Assembly (NCBI GenBank): GCA_964057225.1
Contig: OZ059896.1
Span: 15,066,001-15,130,000 of the forward strand
Direction of reading: 5' to 3'
DNA from: Auanema rhodensis
Taxonomy: Eukaryota > Animalia > Nematoda
DNA length: 64,000 bases
Part shown: one piece after another, positions 41,601 through 53,838 of the stretch
Position numbering within the stretch: position 1 is the stretch's first letter
Layout of the letters: each line of letters begins with the position of its first letter
Translations under genes and position numbers: made by a program
Notes under the pieces: model-generated
Told to the model about the DNA's origin: nothing
Databases searched by the model: none
Seen by the model: only the letters and a program-made list of their open reading frames with translations

Positions 41601-44011
41601 CTCCGCTCTACCAACTGAGCTATCGACGGAACGAATCTGTTGTTTTCAGAGGTTATTGTCAATAACTGCTATAATCAATATTTTAAATGGAAGAAAAAGA
41701 AAAGAAACTCCGTCGACCCGGATTCGAACCAGCGACCTAAGGATATCTACACTTCTACAGTCCTCCGCTCTACCAACTGAGCTATCGACGGAACGAATCT
41801 GTTGTTTTCAGAGGTTATTGTCAAGAACTGCTATAATCAATATTTTAAATGGAAGAAAAAGAAAAGAAACTCCGTCGAGCCGGATTCGAACCAGCGACCT
41901 AAGGATATCTACACTTCTACAGTCCTCCGCTCTACCAACTGAGCTATCGACGGAACGAATCTGTTGTTTTCAGAGGTTATTGTCAATAACTGCTATAATC
42001 AATATTTTAAATGGAAGAAAAAGAAAAGAAACTCCGTCGAGCCGGATTCGAACCAGCGACCTAAGGATATCTACACTTCTACAGTCCTCCGCTCTACCAA
42101 CTGAGCTATCGACGGAACGAATCTGTTTTTTTCAGAGGTTATTGTCAATAACTGCTATAATCAATATTTTAAATGGAAGAAAAAGAAAAGAAACTCCGTC
42201 GAGACGGATTGGAATCAGCGACCTAAGGATATCTATACTTCTACAGTCCTCCGCTCTACCAACTGAGCTATCGACGGAACGAATCTGTTGTTTTCAGAGG
42301 TTATTGTCAATAACTGCTATAATCAATATTTTAAATGGAAGAAAAAGAAAAGAAACTCCGTCGAGCCGGATTCGAACCAGCGACCTAAGGATATCTACAC
42401 TTCTACAGTCCTCCGCTCTACCAACTGAGCTATCGACGGAACGAATCTGTTGTTTTCAGAGGTTATTGTCAATAACTGCTATAATCAATATTTTAAATGG
42501 AAGAAAAAGAAAAGAAACTCCGTCGAGCCGGATTCGAACCAGCGACCTAAGGATATCTACACTTCTACAGTCCTCCGCTCTACCAACTGAGCTATCGACG
42601 GAACGAATCTGTTGTTTTCAGAGGTTATTGTCAATAACTGCTATAATCAATATTTTAAATGGAAGAAAAAGAAAAGAAACTCCGTCGAGCCGGATTCGAA
42701 CCAGCGACCTAAGGATATCTACACTTCTACAGTCCTCCGCTCTACCAACTGAGCTATCGACGGAACGAATCTGTTGTTTTCAGAGGTTATTGTCAATAAC
42801 TGCTATAATCAATATTTTAAATGGAAGAAAAAGAAAAGAAACTCCGTCGAGCCGGATTCGAACCAGCGACCTAAGGATATCTACACTTCTACAGTCCTCC
42901 GCTCTACCAACTGAGCTATCGACGGAACGAATCTGTTGTTTTCAGAGGTTATTGTCAATAACTGCTATAATCAATATTTTAAATGGAAGAAAAAGAAAAG
43001 AAACTCCGTCGAGCCGGATTCGAACCAGCGACCTAAGGATATCTACACTTCTACAGTCCTCCGCTCTACCAACTGAGCTATCGACGGAACGAATCTGTTG
43101 TTTTCAGAGGTTATTGTCAATAACTGCTATAATCCATATTTTAAATGGAAGAAAAAGAAAAGAAACTCCGTCGAGCCGGATTCGAACCAGCGACCTAAGG
43201 ATATCTACACTTCTACAGTCCTCCGCTCTACCAACTGAGCTATCGACGGAACGAATCTGTTGTTTTCAGAGGTTATTGTCAAGAACTGCTATAATCAATA
43301 TTTTAAATGGAAGAAAAAGAAAAGAAACTCCGTCGAGCCGGATTCGAACCAGCGACCTAAGGATATCTACACTTCTACAGTCCTCCGCTCTACCAACTGA
43401 GCTATCGACGGAACGAATCTGTTGTTTTCAGAGGTTATTGTCAATAACTGCTATAATCAATATTTTAAATGGAAGAAAAAGAAAAGAAACTCCGTCGAGC
43501 CGGATTCGAACCAGCGACCTAAGGATATCTACACTTCTACAGTCCTCCGCTCTACCAACTGAGCTATCGACGGAACGAATCTGTTGTTTTCAGAGGTTAT
43601 TGTCAATAACTGATATCTACACTTCTACAGTCCTCCGCTCTACCAACTGAGCTATCGACGGAACGAATCTGTTGTTTTCAGAGGTTATTGTCAATAACTG
43701 CTATAATCCATATTTTAAATGGAAGAAAAAGAAAAGAAACTCCGTCGAGCCGGATTCGAACCAGCGACCTAAGGATATCTACACTTCTACAGTCCTCCGC
43801 TCTACCAACTGAGCTATCGACGGAACGAATCTGTTGTTTTCAGAGGTTATTGTCAATAACTGCTATAATCAATATTTTAAATGGAAGAAAAAGAAAAGAA
43901 ACTCCGTCGAGCCGGATTCGAACCAGCGACCTAAGGATATCTACACTTCTACAGTCCTCCGCTCTACCAACTGAGCTATCGACGGAACGAATCTGTTGTT
44001 TTCAGAGGTTA
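38696..44011 (-). tRNA. tRNA-Tyr(GTA) tandem array, block B (~33 units of 162 bp)
   Basis: Same unit as block A. Confidence 0.95.
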
Positions 44012-44333
44012 CGTTCCATATTGGTTCCTAGGGTTCCGGCTAGGTAACCATATGGACTTTAATAGTGTGAATGCCATTGTAAAAGTAACAGAGAGTAGAG
44101 AAAAAGAAGTTTATTCAGAATATGGAAATACAATTATAAAAGCAAAATACAATAATCAAATAAATGAAACTACATGTTATGAGAAAGCCAACCTAGTTGC
44201 TTTCTCAGGGGTTTATATAGCAAAATATTAATTACAAATATAATTGAATTTATACAAAAAGTAGTTCAGGTCTAGTTTCTTATTGAATTCTATTAACCAA
44301 AAGTCGCCTTCTTTATAAGACACGTATGGAACA
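44012..44333 (-). repeat. 3' LTR of element 3 (322 bp; lacks a 17-bp hairpin segment)
   Basis: Matches 53858-54196 except for the missing GTTGACGTTGTCAACCG. Confidence 0.93.
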
Positions 44334-44562
44334 TGCCTTATATTGAAAAAGTAGCTGACCTCAGCTATAAGAAATTAGACCTTTTAAGGAAAAGAAACAA
44401 AAGAGAAAAATATATATATAAATGAATTAGAATTAGAATACTAGAATATCAATAATAGTGTAATAGGAATAATATTAAAAAAAATGAAAACAATATAAAA
44501 AGAAAAAGAAAAGAAAAGAAAAGAGAAGAAAAGAAAAACTATGAATTCACCTCGTGCAGCTG

Positions 44563-45198
44563 TTATCCTTCTTCCTCCTCGATTTGTCCCAGCTGGAAGT
44601 CGGTCGCGGGTTGCCGGTCGGCGACCGTCCATATGTGGAACAGGCTGACGTCTGTCAGCAGTTCCGTCGCCTGGCCTGCTATCATCATTTTCTTTCTTTT
44701 CTGGTCCGGAGTGGTGGCGCGCGTCGCCATTAGTATCCTTAAGGCCTGGCTGATCAGGTCTCCCGCCTTCCTAATCGACTGGTTAGTCGATTCCATCATA
44801 CTTTCTTCTGTCCAGCTCTTGTGGATCTCTTCCGCGGCCCATCTTGGGATGAGATCCGCGCTAGCTACATTTTCGGAGGCTGGATAGCCTAGATCTTCGC
44901 GTAGTTTGTTGATGGTGGCCTTGGTGCGGGCAGTGGCCTCGGACCAGTTTTGCGCCATTTTGGCCATCTCTTCTTCATCATTGTTACATGAACATTGTAA
45001 CCTTTCCAGAGTCTCTATTAATAGAGTAACTCTGGCTAAATTCTCCGAAAATGATTAGAGGATTCTTATCTTTTTAGTCCTGTTGTTTGTTGTCTCCAGT
45101 TGTTGTAGTTCTATCTGGAGCGAATGTATCTTGATCCACTTTTCCTTGATCATCGCGATAGGTGTCTCGCAGGCTGGTGGAGGGAAGACGAGTGCCAT
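44563..45198 (-). pseudogene. Element 3 accessory ORF downstream of pol (211 codons, one in-frame TAA at codon 48)
   Basis: ATG at 45198 is in frame with the 44563-44967 ORF; the only interruption is TAA at 45057-45055; TATATAAG box at 45249-45242. Confidence 0.6.
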
Positions 45199-45420
45199 TC
45201 TTGTGGTGCTGGGAGTTTTTCTGCTTGAGGTGAATTTTGAGCTTATATAGGGTGAAAAAAAATAGGTAAGTATATATTTTGTGATACATAGATATTAAGA
45301 TTGATGATTGGGGAAAACATTGTTTTTGTTGTTTGGGTAGCAGATAGAATGAATTATTGTAAATTAATAAAAAAAAATTAATTAATAAAGTTATTTTCCC
45401 AAAAAAGTTTCTATTTTTGA

Positions 45421-48400
45421 TTAAATGGTTGTTGTTGCTCCAATCACTGTTGAAGGTCGTTTCTTTCGTACAACCGGTGTTTTTGGAGAATTGAAATGAG
45501 CATCAGGTATCTGAGAGCGTGTGAGCCTGTTTTTAGACTCTAAGGTGGGTATCACGCTGTTGTACCTTATTGGTACGTGGAATGGTTTTGGAGCGGTTAT
45601 AGGATTTTTGTCTTCTATTCCAAGTGCCAACTTGAGGGCTGAGCTCCATCTTTTGGTTGTGGGTATCTCTTTACGTCTTTCTTCATAGAGCTCTTGCCTT
45701 GTTTCTTCTCCAATTTTATCGACAAGTTGTTGAAATAAGTCTGCCGTATTCGGTCCGGTTTCTGGTTGATAATTGTCCTGTTGTGTTTCCCGCGTAATTT
45801 CCTGTGGTGCTATTGTTTCTTGTGGTGTTATTGAAGGTCGGCTTTGTTCGTAGAATTCGTCCTCGTTGTCGCTTTCTGAATCAGAGATTGATGTTGCGGT
45901 GGGCGTGCTATTTTTAGCGCGCGTATTTTCCGTATCCTGCTGTGAGCCGTCGCTATAAATGGCGGGTGCGGAGTCGTTTCTGTTGTGCTCGCTTTCTTCG
46001 ACGTTGTTATCGTCGGGTGGAAAGTATCTTATATTATTCTTGTGAGCTATAATCGTATTCCCTTCGCTATCTGCTAATATTACGTTATTTCCTTTTATTT
46101 CCTTGATTATATATGGTCCATCGCTTGTTGTTTGTAATTTATTTGCTGGCTTTGCTCGCTTGACGAGTGCTCTATTTTCCACGAAGATCTCTCTTTCCTG
46201 CGTCCTGTGATTTTCGTCGTATTTCTTCTTCATTCTTTCATTATTCAACTCTATCCTTTCATGAATCTTCTCGTGTAAGTCCGGGGCGTTCTTGATTGTG
46301 GCTCCTGGAGTTTCTAAGTCCTTATCTATTGGTAACCGAGCTGTTTGTCCAAACAGACAGTCGTAGGGTGGTGTGCGAGTAGTAGCGTTTGGTAGTCGAT
46401 TCATCGTAAAAACAATTTTTGGTAGAATAATATCCCAATTGTCTTGATCGTCATTAACGTAGGAAGTTAATGCTTCTTCCAGTGTTCTGTGTAGCCGTTC
46501 CACTTGACCATTTGCGTTTTTGTAGTATGGCATAGTTGTGTGATGTTCCGATCCAAGATTATCGCACATGCTTTTGAATTCGTGTGAGACAAAGTTTGAT
46601 CCATTGTCTGTGATGATTTTCTTTGGGGGTCCGAAGACATAGAATAAGTGTGTCATAATAGCTGATACTATTTCTTCTGATGTCTGACGAATTAATGGTA
46701 TCGCTATAATCCATTTGGAAAATGCGTCCTGTATAGATAAAATGTATCTATTATCCTTTGCAGTTCTAGGTAATGGTCCTAGTATGTCCATGTGAACTCG
46801 TTCCCATGGATGTGTCACTGTTGGGAAGTTTCTCATTGGTTCAACTGTGGCTTCATGTGGGTTATTTTTCCTCTTTGCACAGTCGAGACATCTGTTCACA
46901 TATCTTGTGATATCATCCTGTATTCCTGTCCAAGTGTACCGTCGCAAAATGGAGTCTTGAGTCTTATTGATTCCAAGATGTGCTCCGAGAATTGGGTCTT
47001 TATGAAATTTTTCTATAATTGGTATTGTGATTGCTGGATCGTTTGGTAGAATGGCTCGCGGAGTTTGTAAAGCTGTTTTGGGTTTTGCATACAGAGCGTC
47101 GTTCACAACGATATATCGATCCATTAGTTGCCTTCCTGCTGTTTTGTTCCGAATCTTTTCTTTTGTTTCCATGATCCATTCTGTATTGCCTTGAATGGTC
47201 CGAAGGTCCGTAATAGTTGAAATAGTCGAGGTTTTGTGTGTAGGAGTTTCTTTTGGTTTCTTCTTTCTTTCCTTGGCTTCGTTGACTTCGTCTTCAAAAT
47301 ATCGTGAAAGTGCATCACAGACGCTGTTAAGACGTCCTGGGCGATACACTATCTCGATGTCGTATTCTTGTAATACGATTTGAAATTTTGCTAGCCTGCC
47401 AATGAGATCTTTTCTTGTCATGAGGCTAGTAAGAGGCCTGTGATCGGTAATGATTCTTATTGGTGTGCCTAGTATGTAAGTCCGAAATTGATGCACTGCG
47501 AAAGTGAGTGCTAGGGCTTCGATTTCAATTGGCGGGTAATTCCGTTCGGCTTTGTTCAGTTTTCGGCTGGCAAATGCAATTGGGTGAAGTGGTTCCTTGT
47601 CGTCTTTAGCCTGTAATAGTACTGCGCCAACTGCAATTATACTTCCATCGCTTTCAATGACGTAAGGTCGTTTTGCTATAGGTGCTTGTAGTACAGGGGC
47701 TTGACAGAGTATCTGTTTAAGTTGTTGAAATGCTTGTTCTTCTGCATCTCCCCATTTGAAAGCTGTATCCTTTTTCGTGAGCTCATAAAGTGGTGACGCA
47801 ATGCCTGCGGCATTTCTAATAAATCTGCGAAAGTAGTTCACAACTCCCATAAATGCTCGAACTCCTGTTATTGATTTCGGTCTTGGATAATCTTGGATTG
47901 CTTTTACTTTCTGAGGGTCTGGTTTTATTCCTTCGTGTCCAACAATGAATCCTAGGAATTTGACTTCTTGTTGTCCAAAGGTACATTTCTTAAGCTTGAT
48001 TTTTAATCCTAGCTCTGCTGATGCGTTCAGTACTTCGTCGATATCTTGTAAATGTTTCGTCGTTGATTCCGATATGAGAAGTAGATCGTCGAGATAGACG
48101 AAGAGCTTGCATCGTACGTGTTGTTGTAAATATCGTACAGCATTTTGGAATGTGTGTGGAGCTCCGCAGAGTCCCATCGGCATTCTGCAGTATTGATAAG
48201 TTCCGCTCGTAGTAGTGAATGCGGTGAGGTGTCTATCTTCTGATCTAAGAGGGATTTGAAAGAATCCAGATACTAGATCAAAGTTACTGAAGATACGCGC
48301 TCCGGCTGCTAGGTCCAAGATGTCTTGAATGTTAGATATAACGTAGATTTGTTTTTGCGTTATTGCGTTGAGTGCTCGAAAATCAGTCACAAATCTGTAC

Positions 48401-51400
48401 GTTTTATCCTTTTTCTTGACCAATATTACGGGACTGGTAGTCATAGAAAAAGATGGCTCAATTATTCCTTGTTCTAACATTTCCTCCACTTGTTTTTCTA
48501 CTTCTTCTTGTTGTGATAGAGGTATTCTGTACGTGATCTTGAAAGATGGAACTTTTCCTTCGATGATCGGGATGCTATGTTCCACTGGTCCTTTGAAAAG
48601 TCCAATATTGCGATCCTCGTTTAAGAAAGCTTCCTTGTTTCTGAGCACTATTTTCTTTAACTGTTGTCTCTCTAGCTGAGTAAAGATGGTGTTTGTTACA
48701 TCGAGGTCTTTTATAAAGTCCTCTGGGAAGTATGGTAGTTGATCTTCCCATCTTGCTTCTGGTGGCACATATTGTCCTTTTTGCTCCTCCGTGTTTTTCG
48801 GGATAGCGTAAGTTACTTGTACAGGGGTGCATGACATGACGTAAATAAGATGTTCTCCAACAAACTTTGCTGAAATATCCTGTCGACGAAGCATAGTGCG
48901 AATTCCTATAGTCGGATTAATCTGCAGGATTGCCCACCAGGTAAGTAGCTGCTTATTTTGCATTCTGCATACGTTTTTCTTTGTTATTTGGAAAGATTGT
49001 AAGATTTCCTCCTCTAGTTTTGACGTAGAGTATTGGAGGTGGGACCTTGTATCTTGTTGGCGTAGTTGATCGTCGTATTTTTGAATGATATCTGCTCGTG
49101 TTCGTAGGAAATTGAGGTGTGCTTGTGATCCAGTGTGAGATTTGATTTCCTCAATCGGTTGGGTCGTTGTTGCTCGCTTTGTAGTAGTCCGAGTTGTTGG
49201 AAGTGTCCTAGTAGATTCCCTGCGGGATGTGGTGGTGAGAGGACGTGGTGGTGGAGTTACTGGAGTTGTTGTACTCTGGTAATAATAATATCTCCTTGGT
49301 GTAGTTGTAGGTTGAGGTGGAGACGTCCGATGAGTAGTAGTTGTCGGGGCAGTTGTTGTGGTAGTCGATGTAGTGGTTGTGGTGGTTGTAGTAGTGGTGG
49401 TTGTGGGGCTAGCACCAGGTGACTCAATGAGCTGAAGATATGCTTGTTGAAATAATTTGCTGTCTTCATCCGTGATAGGTCTGATTGTAGGTTGACTTTT
49501 GGGCAACCCATAATTTTGTGCGTGTCCGTTGAAGATGAGGGTATAGTTGGGAAAGACGATTGCTGACGAATTTGCCTGTTTTGTGAGATCTGCCCATTTC
49601 TTATTTTCTCTCTCTCTTTGTTCTTTTGATATCCGAGTTAGACGATTGTTTTGCTCTAGATAATTAAGAAACTCCTGTATTTGATCCATCTGGGTGTAGA
49701 ACTGTGTGTCAGTGCGTGATCTAGGCAGTTTTGTCATCCTGGGTGGGTACAGTTGGTACAGATAGTCCTCCATTGATGGAATAGTCTCTCCTGTTGCCAG
49801 AGTGGTAGGTGTGTGAGCTATTTCAATTGCTATTTGTCTTGCTCGGTCGAGATAATCGCCTTCGTAGTTGAGTAGACGTGTGGCAAAGTCGCTGATAGTG
49901 ATTTGCTTGCTGAGTTTTGCCGTGATCTCTGATGGCAGTAGGTGTTCGATGGCAATTTTCGTAGAAAGTCGAATCTCAGCTTCTGCAAGTGTGTGCAGGA
50001 TAACCATGTTGATGTCAGTGTAGTTGTGCCATAAGAGTCGGTTCTTCAGTTTTGATGAATCTAGTTGTAGGAATTTGATGAAACCTATGTGTACGCTAGA
50101 TGTCTTGAGATATTCCATAAGGTTATAAGCGTTGTCCAGTCTTTTCCTATTTCGATATGTCTGGTACATAGGTAGTATACCTGTAGAACTGTCTGTGAGG
50201 CGAAGTGATTTGTAGATAGTGATATTGAAGAATCTCGTAGGGTATTCTTGGGGTGCCATCCTCTTTTGACGTCGGTGTGTTTTTAAGTCCTTGATGGAAA
50301 TGTACGTACCACTATCAGTTGAGTAGATGCTTGTATTCATACATCTTGTAGCTGTAGGGTCTGGCGTGTTGTTTTTGAGAATGAATGCTCCTTGTATTTC
50401 CGAGATTAATACAGTATCATTGTTGATTAGTGCTTCGAATTTCCCTAATGTCGTGTAGTCGCAATTTCGATGAGGGATCCATGTGATAACTGCGTTGGTG
50501 GTGTTGCATACTCCTTGTTGCTTAGTGCATCCTTCAGTGTTGATGAATAAGTCGGAGATTATAGTGTCATCGTGTAGGCTAGTCATCATTCCTCTTTCTA
50601 AGGTGAATCTTGACTTGGTTGTGCAAGAGGATGCCCAAAACGATTTTGGTTGTGTACTAGATGGCATAGGGGCTTTGAATAGTCCTGGTGCTTCGCGATT
50701 GAGGTCGTTATCCATGTGTCGTCTTTCTTGAATGGCTGTTTGGCATTCTTGTGGAGTGGCTGGTTCTATTCGGAGTAATGTAACGTTATTTTCCCTGATG
50801 AAGAATAAGTCGTGGGCGCACGTTTTATAGATTTCCTTGGCGCATTTCCATGCTTCCCATTCCTTGTAATTCATATTTTCTGCGAATAGTTCCACTGTTT
50901 TTATCTCGACTCCGTCCTTGTGTGCATAGTCTGAGCAGGTGGTTGGGCGAGGTGGTTCGAAGAAAATACCTTCTCGTTTGCCAATGCAGAGTTGATAGGT
51001 GTTGTCTGCCTGGCAAGGTATCATAGATAGGGCGATGACGGATAAGAATAGCGGTATGAACGGAAGTGTCTTCTTTGTTTTGATTGTTTCCTTTTCTACT
51101 TTGTTAACGTGAAAACGGACGCTGGGGCTTCTTGTGCGATCTCTGTGCCTGTTATGTGGTCCATATGAAGTGCTGCGATTTCGTTGTTGAAATCCGCGAT
51201 CAGGACAGTTTCCGCGGTTGTATCGGTCGTTTCCTCTGTGCTCCTGTCGATCATTCCTTCTGCTATCATATCGATCGTTTCCTCTGCTGTTGTATCGATC
51301 ATTGTATCTATCGTACCGTTGGGGGCTACGATAATTGTTGTATCCTTGTTGATATCCATTGTTTCTGTTATCCTGTCTGAAGTTGTGACGGTTATTTTGT

Positions 51401-52725
51401 CGATCCTCTTGGTATCTTGGTGAGCGGTATCCTCCTCTTCTTTGATTCCATTGCTCTTGTGGTTGTTGTGGTCTTGATTGATTTCCATAGAATGTTCTTG
51501 ATTGGTGTGTTTGTGATCCGTCATAGATTTTCTCCTGTTGTGATGCTCTCATGTGGTTTATGAGACCATTATTAATCTCTAGTTGTTCCACGTCTTTAAT
51601 CAAGTTGTTGACCAAGAGCGAAGGATCCTCGTCAGCTTCCACAGTTTCGGCAATAGTCACGGCTGCATCAAAGGTGATAGGGCTGCGGTTATTGACATGT
51701 GTTCTTAAAGTCTTTCGTAGTCCTCCTAAGAATGAAACTCGTAGTATTCTTTCATCGGCTGTCGAGTCCATGTTGCATGATTCATAGGCAAGGTTTCTGC
51801 AGCGTTGAGCGAAATTTTGTACCGTTTCGTGCTCTCCTTGTTTCAAATGAGTGAGTTTTGTGAATGCTGCATCTCTCTTTTCTGGAGGTTGTAATTTCTC
51901 CGATAGTATGCGTTTGACGTGGTTCCATCCCTGGCGTAAGTCTTCTGCTGGTATAGTTCGAAGAGCTTCAGCGGCTCTATCCGTTCCGAGAAGTAGATAG
52001 AGATGGGAAAGTCTCTCGGCAATAGGGACTTGAAGGGCATCGAAATATCCTTCTAGTCTTTGCATGTAGAGGTTGAATGGAACCGATCCATCATAAAGCG
52101 TAGGTTTGTGATGGCGAATAGAAACGTTGTGGGCTCTTGCAATAGGAGAGTTGTCTTGCTCCATCTGCTCTGCCATTTGAGGGCGACTTCTCTGCTCTGT
52201 AACATTCGAAGTCAAATTTACGTTATTGTCTGACGAAGAAGAGACAGGAGACAGAGAGTGCCCGTGCAAAGATTGATCAGTGGAAGAGGGAGAGTTTCTA
52301 GGAATAGGAGAGGTGAGGATTTCCGCATTTGCGGTTTGAACAAGGCGTTGAGGAGAAGTGTGATTTGGAGGACAAGTGTTAGTGCCGGTATTAACAACTG
52401 TTTTTGGAGAGTGAGAAGAGCGTTTGGGCGTGGATTTACTGGATGATGCTTTATTCTTATTCAAGCTAATTGCATGCCTAGTAGTTTTAATAGCAGTAGT
52501 ATAAAGTTTCTTAGCAGTTAGCGGTGTACCCGGAATAGGGGGTAATTTCTTTGATTTCGCGTTCGTTTTCGGATATTTCGCATCTGGTCGGAATGCATCC
52601 GGTGGTCCTCTTTTTCTTTGGTTTCTATGCAGTGCTGCTTCCACTGTCTGAGTTTTCTCTGCGCTATTCGTAGCATTTTGGACAATATTTCCCGGCGGAG
52701 GGTTTTGATTCGCTGCGTCAGCCAT
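45421..52725 (-). CDS. Element 3 Gag-Env(truncated)-RT-RNaseH-IN polyprotein lacking Env C-terminus, TM and protease
   Basis: Gag YDGS; signal peptide LPFIPLFLSVIALSMIPCQA|DNTYQLC; furin RRQKR; Thr-rich mucin tract; gB-like INPTIGIRTMLRRQDISAKFVG..C joined almost directly to YVPPEARWEDQLP; YLDD; IN with long C-terminal tail. Confidence 0.92.
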   Translation of the reverse strand: MADAANQNPPPGNIVQNATNSAEKTQTVEAALHRNQRKRGPPDAFRPDAKYPKTNAKSKKLPPIPGTPLTAKKLYTTAIKTTRHAISLNKNKASSSKSTPKRSSHSPKTVVNTGTNTCPPNHTSPQRLVQTANAEILTSPIPRNSPSSTDQSLHGHSLSPVSSSSDNNVNLTSNVTEQRSRPQMAEQMEQDNSPIARAHNVSIRHHKPTLYDGSVPFNLYMQRLEGYFDALQVPIAERLSHLYLLLGTDRAAEALRTIPAEDLRQGWNHVKRILSEKLQPPEKRDAAFTKLTHLKQGEHETVQNFAQRCRNLAYESCNMDSTADERILRVSFLGGLRKTLRTHVNNRSPITFDAAVTIAETVEADEDPSLLVNNLIKDVEQLEINNGLINHMRASQQEKIYDGSQTHQSRTFYGNQSRPQQPQEQWNQRRGGYRSPRYQEDRQNNRHNFRQDNRNNGYQQGYNNYRSPQRYDRYNDRYNSRGNDRYDSRRNDRQEHRGNDRYNRGNCPDRGFQQRNRSTSYGPHNRHRDRTRSPSVRFHVNKVEKETIKTKKTLPFIPLFLSVIALSMIPCQADNTYQLCIGKREGIFFEPPRPTTCSDYAHKDGVEIKTVELFAENMNYKEWEAWKCAKEIYKTCAHDLFFIRENNVTLLRIEPATPQECQTAIQERRHMDNDLNREAPGLFKAPMPSSTQPKSFWASSCTTKSRFTLERGMMTSLHDDTIISDLFINTEGCTKQQGVCNTTNAVITWIPHRNCDYTTLGKFEALINNDTVLISEIQGAFILKNNTPDPTATRCMNTSIYSTDSGTYISIKDLKTHRRQKRMAPQEYPTRFFNITIYKSLRLTDSSTGILPMYQTYRNRKRLDNAYNLMEYLKTSSVHIGFIKFLQLDSSKLKNRLLWHNYTDINMVILHTLAEAEIRLSTKIAIEHLLPSEITAKLSKQITISDFATRLLNYEGDYLDRARQIAIEIAHTPTTLATGETIPSMEDYLYQLYPPRMTKLPRSRTDTQFYTQMDQIQEFLNYLEQNNRLTRISKEQRERENKKWADLTKQANSSAIVFPNYTLIFNGHAQNYGLPKSQPTIRPITDEDSKLFQQAYLQLIESPGASPTTTTTTTTTTTTSTTTTTAPTTTTHRTSPPQPTTTPRRYYYYQSTTTPVTPPPRPLTTTSRRESTRTLPTTRTTTKRATTTQPIEEIKSHTGSQAHLNFLRTRADIIQKYDDQLRQQDTRSHLQYSTSKLEEEILQSFQITKKNVCRMQNKQLLTWWAILQINPTIGIRTMLRRQDISAKFVGEHLIYVMSCTPVQVTYAIPKNTEEQKGQYVPPEARWEDQLPYFPEDFIKDLDVTNTIFTQLERQQLKKIVLRNKEAFLNEDRNIGLFKGPVEHSIPIIEGKVPSFKITYRIPLSQQEEVEKQVEEMLEQGIIEPSFSMTTSPVILVKKKDKTYRFVTDFRALNAITQKQIYVISNIQDILDLAAGARIFSNFDLVSGFFQIPLRSEDRHLTAFTTTSGTYQYCRMPMGLCGAPHTFQNAVRYLQQHVRCKLFVYLDDLLLISESTTKHLQDIDEVLNASAELGLKIKLKKCTFGQQEVKFLGFIVGHEGIKPDPQKVKAIQDYPRPKSITGVRAFMGVVNYFRRFIRNAAGIASPLYELTKKDTAFKWGDAEEQAFQQLKQILCQAPVLQAPIAKRPYVIESDGSIIAVGAVLLQAKDDKEPLHPIAFASRKLNKAERNYPPIEIEALALTFAVHQFRTYILGTPIRIITDHRPLTSLMTRKDLIGRLAKFQIVLQEYDIEIVYRPGRLNSVCDALSRYFEDEVNEAKERKKKPKETPTHKTSTISTITDLRTIQGNTEWIMETKEKIRNKTAGRQLMDRYIVVNDALYAKPKTALQTPRAILPNDPAITIPIIEKFHKDPILGAHLGINKTQDSILRRYTWTGIQDDITRYVNRCLDCAKRKNNPHEATVEPMRNFPTVTHPWERVHMDILGPLPRTAKDNRYILSIQDAFSKWIIAIPLIRQTSEEIVSAIMTHLFYVFGPPKKIITDNGSNFVSHEFKSMCDNLGSEHHTTMPYYKNANGQVERLHRTLEEALTSYVNDDQDNWDIILPKIVFTMNRLPNATTRTPPYDCLFGQTARLPIDKDLETPGATIKNAPDLHEKIHERIELNNERMKKKYDENHRTQEREIFVENRALVKRAKPANKLQTTSDGPYIIKEIKGNNVILADSEGNTIIAHKNNIRYFPPDDNNVEESEHNRNDSAPAIYSDGSQQDTENTRAKNSTPTATSISDSESDNEDEFYEQSRPSITPQETIAPQEITRETQQDNYQPETGPNTADLFQQLVDKIGEETRQELYEERRKEIPTTKRWSSALKLALGIEDKNPITAPKPFHVPIRYNSVIPTLESKNRLTRSQIPDAHFNSPKTPVVRKKRPSTVIGATTTI

Positions 52726-53838
52726 CTTTGTTGGTTTCCTGGAAGGAAATTATTAACCAACGAAGACTGAGCTTATATTATACAAAACGTAAGAGACAAT
52801 ATGGGGTTGGTATGCGCGACTCCTGTTCCTGTCAGGGGGCCAGCCTGCAGCGGGTCTCTAGTCGGAGAATAGCCTGGTCAGGTTCATACACGAGTCCGCA
52901 ACTACGTGTGACCTTTAGCAAAGGACCAAGTTCTTATCTCTCGAAGAGGCATGAGATATGAGACAGTGGTCTGTGTATTGCTCCTTTTCAGTCATGGACA
53001 AGATCAGGTACACAGGCTTCTCATACTCACTTTTCCAGACTTCTCTTACCTAAGCAAACCCCCAAAAGACGTTCCCTTTTAACGTTACTTCTGTTCCCCT
53101 GGGTCTTGCTAGGTGGGACCACTCAATTTCAAAATATTCTTTAATTCTCATATGGGACCAAAAGGGTTAATTTCAAATGATTGCGCGTCTTATATCAAAA
53201 AGTGTACGCCTCCGCGCGATGTCCCGAGAATGTCTGGTATTGTTTCTTACGGGGCTTTCTCATAAAAATGCGTTAGATATCAAGAATAGTGATTTTGTTT
53301 ATGAATCAATGTTTTCAGAATGATTTATGAATAGATATTTTCAAAATTTAGCTTGTGATAAGATGTTTTCAAGATGACTTATGGGTAAGTGTTGCAATAT
53401 GAATAAATGTCTTTAAGATATTTCATGAATTGATAGTTTTTAATATTATTCGTGGTTAAATATTTTGATATGCTTGTTCCAAAAAGAGTTTTTATGCATT
53501 ATATGCCTTTAACATACAGGAAAGTAGAGGAATAAAGTAGGAATATAGATTGTAATAGATAATATGTATAAGACATTTTTTTTTTTCAAATAGATATATC
53601 AGAAATGATGTTAGAAGAATGATATTTAGAGATAAATTCGAATTACTAGATTAAATTAGAGTTTTTGTTTTAGATACAAAATTGACTTGAAAGTTTGAAA
53701 TATAAAATTTAATTAGAATTTTTGGATATGAAATCAAGATAAATTTTTAGAGTAAAAAAGATTTCAAAGAAAGAGAAAGTAATTTAAAGGTGAGAAAAGT
53801 AGCGGCAATGGTCCATAGAGATTCGTCCCTTATAGACG

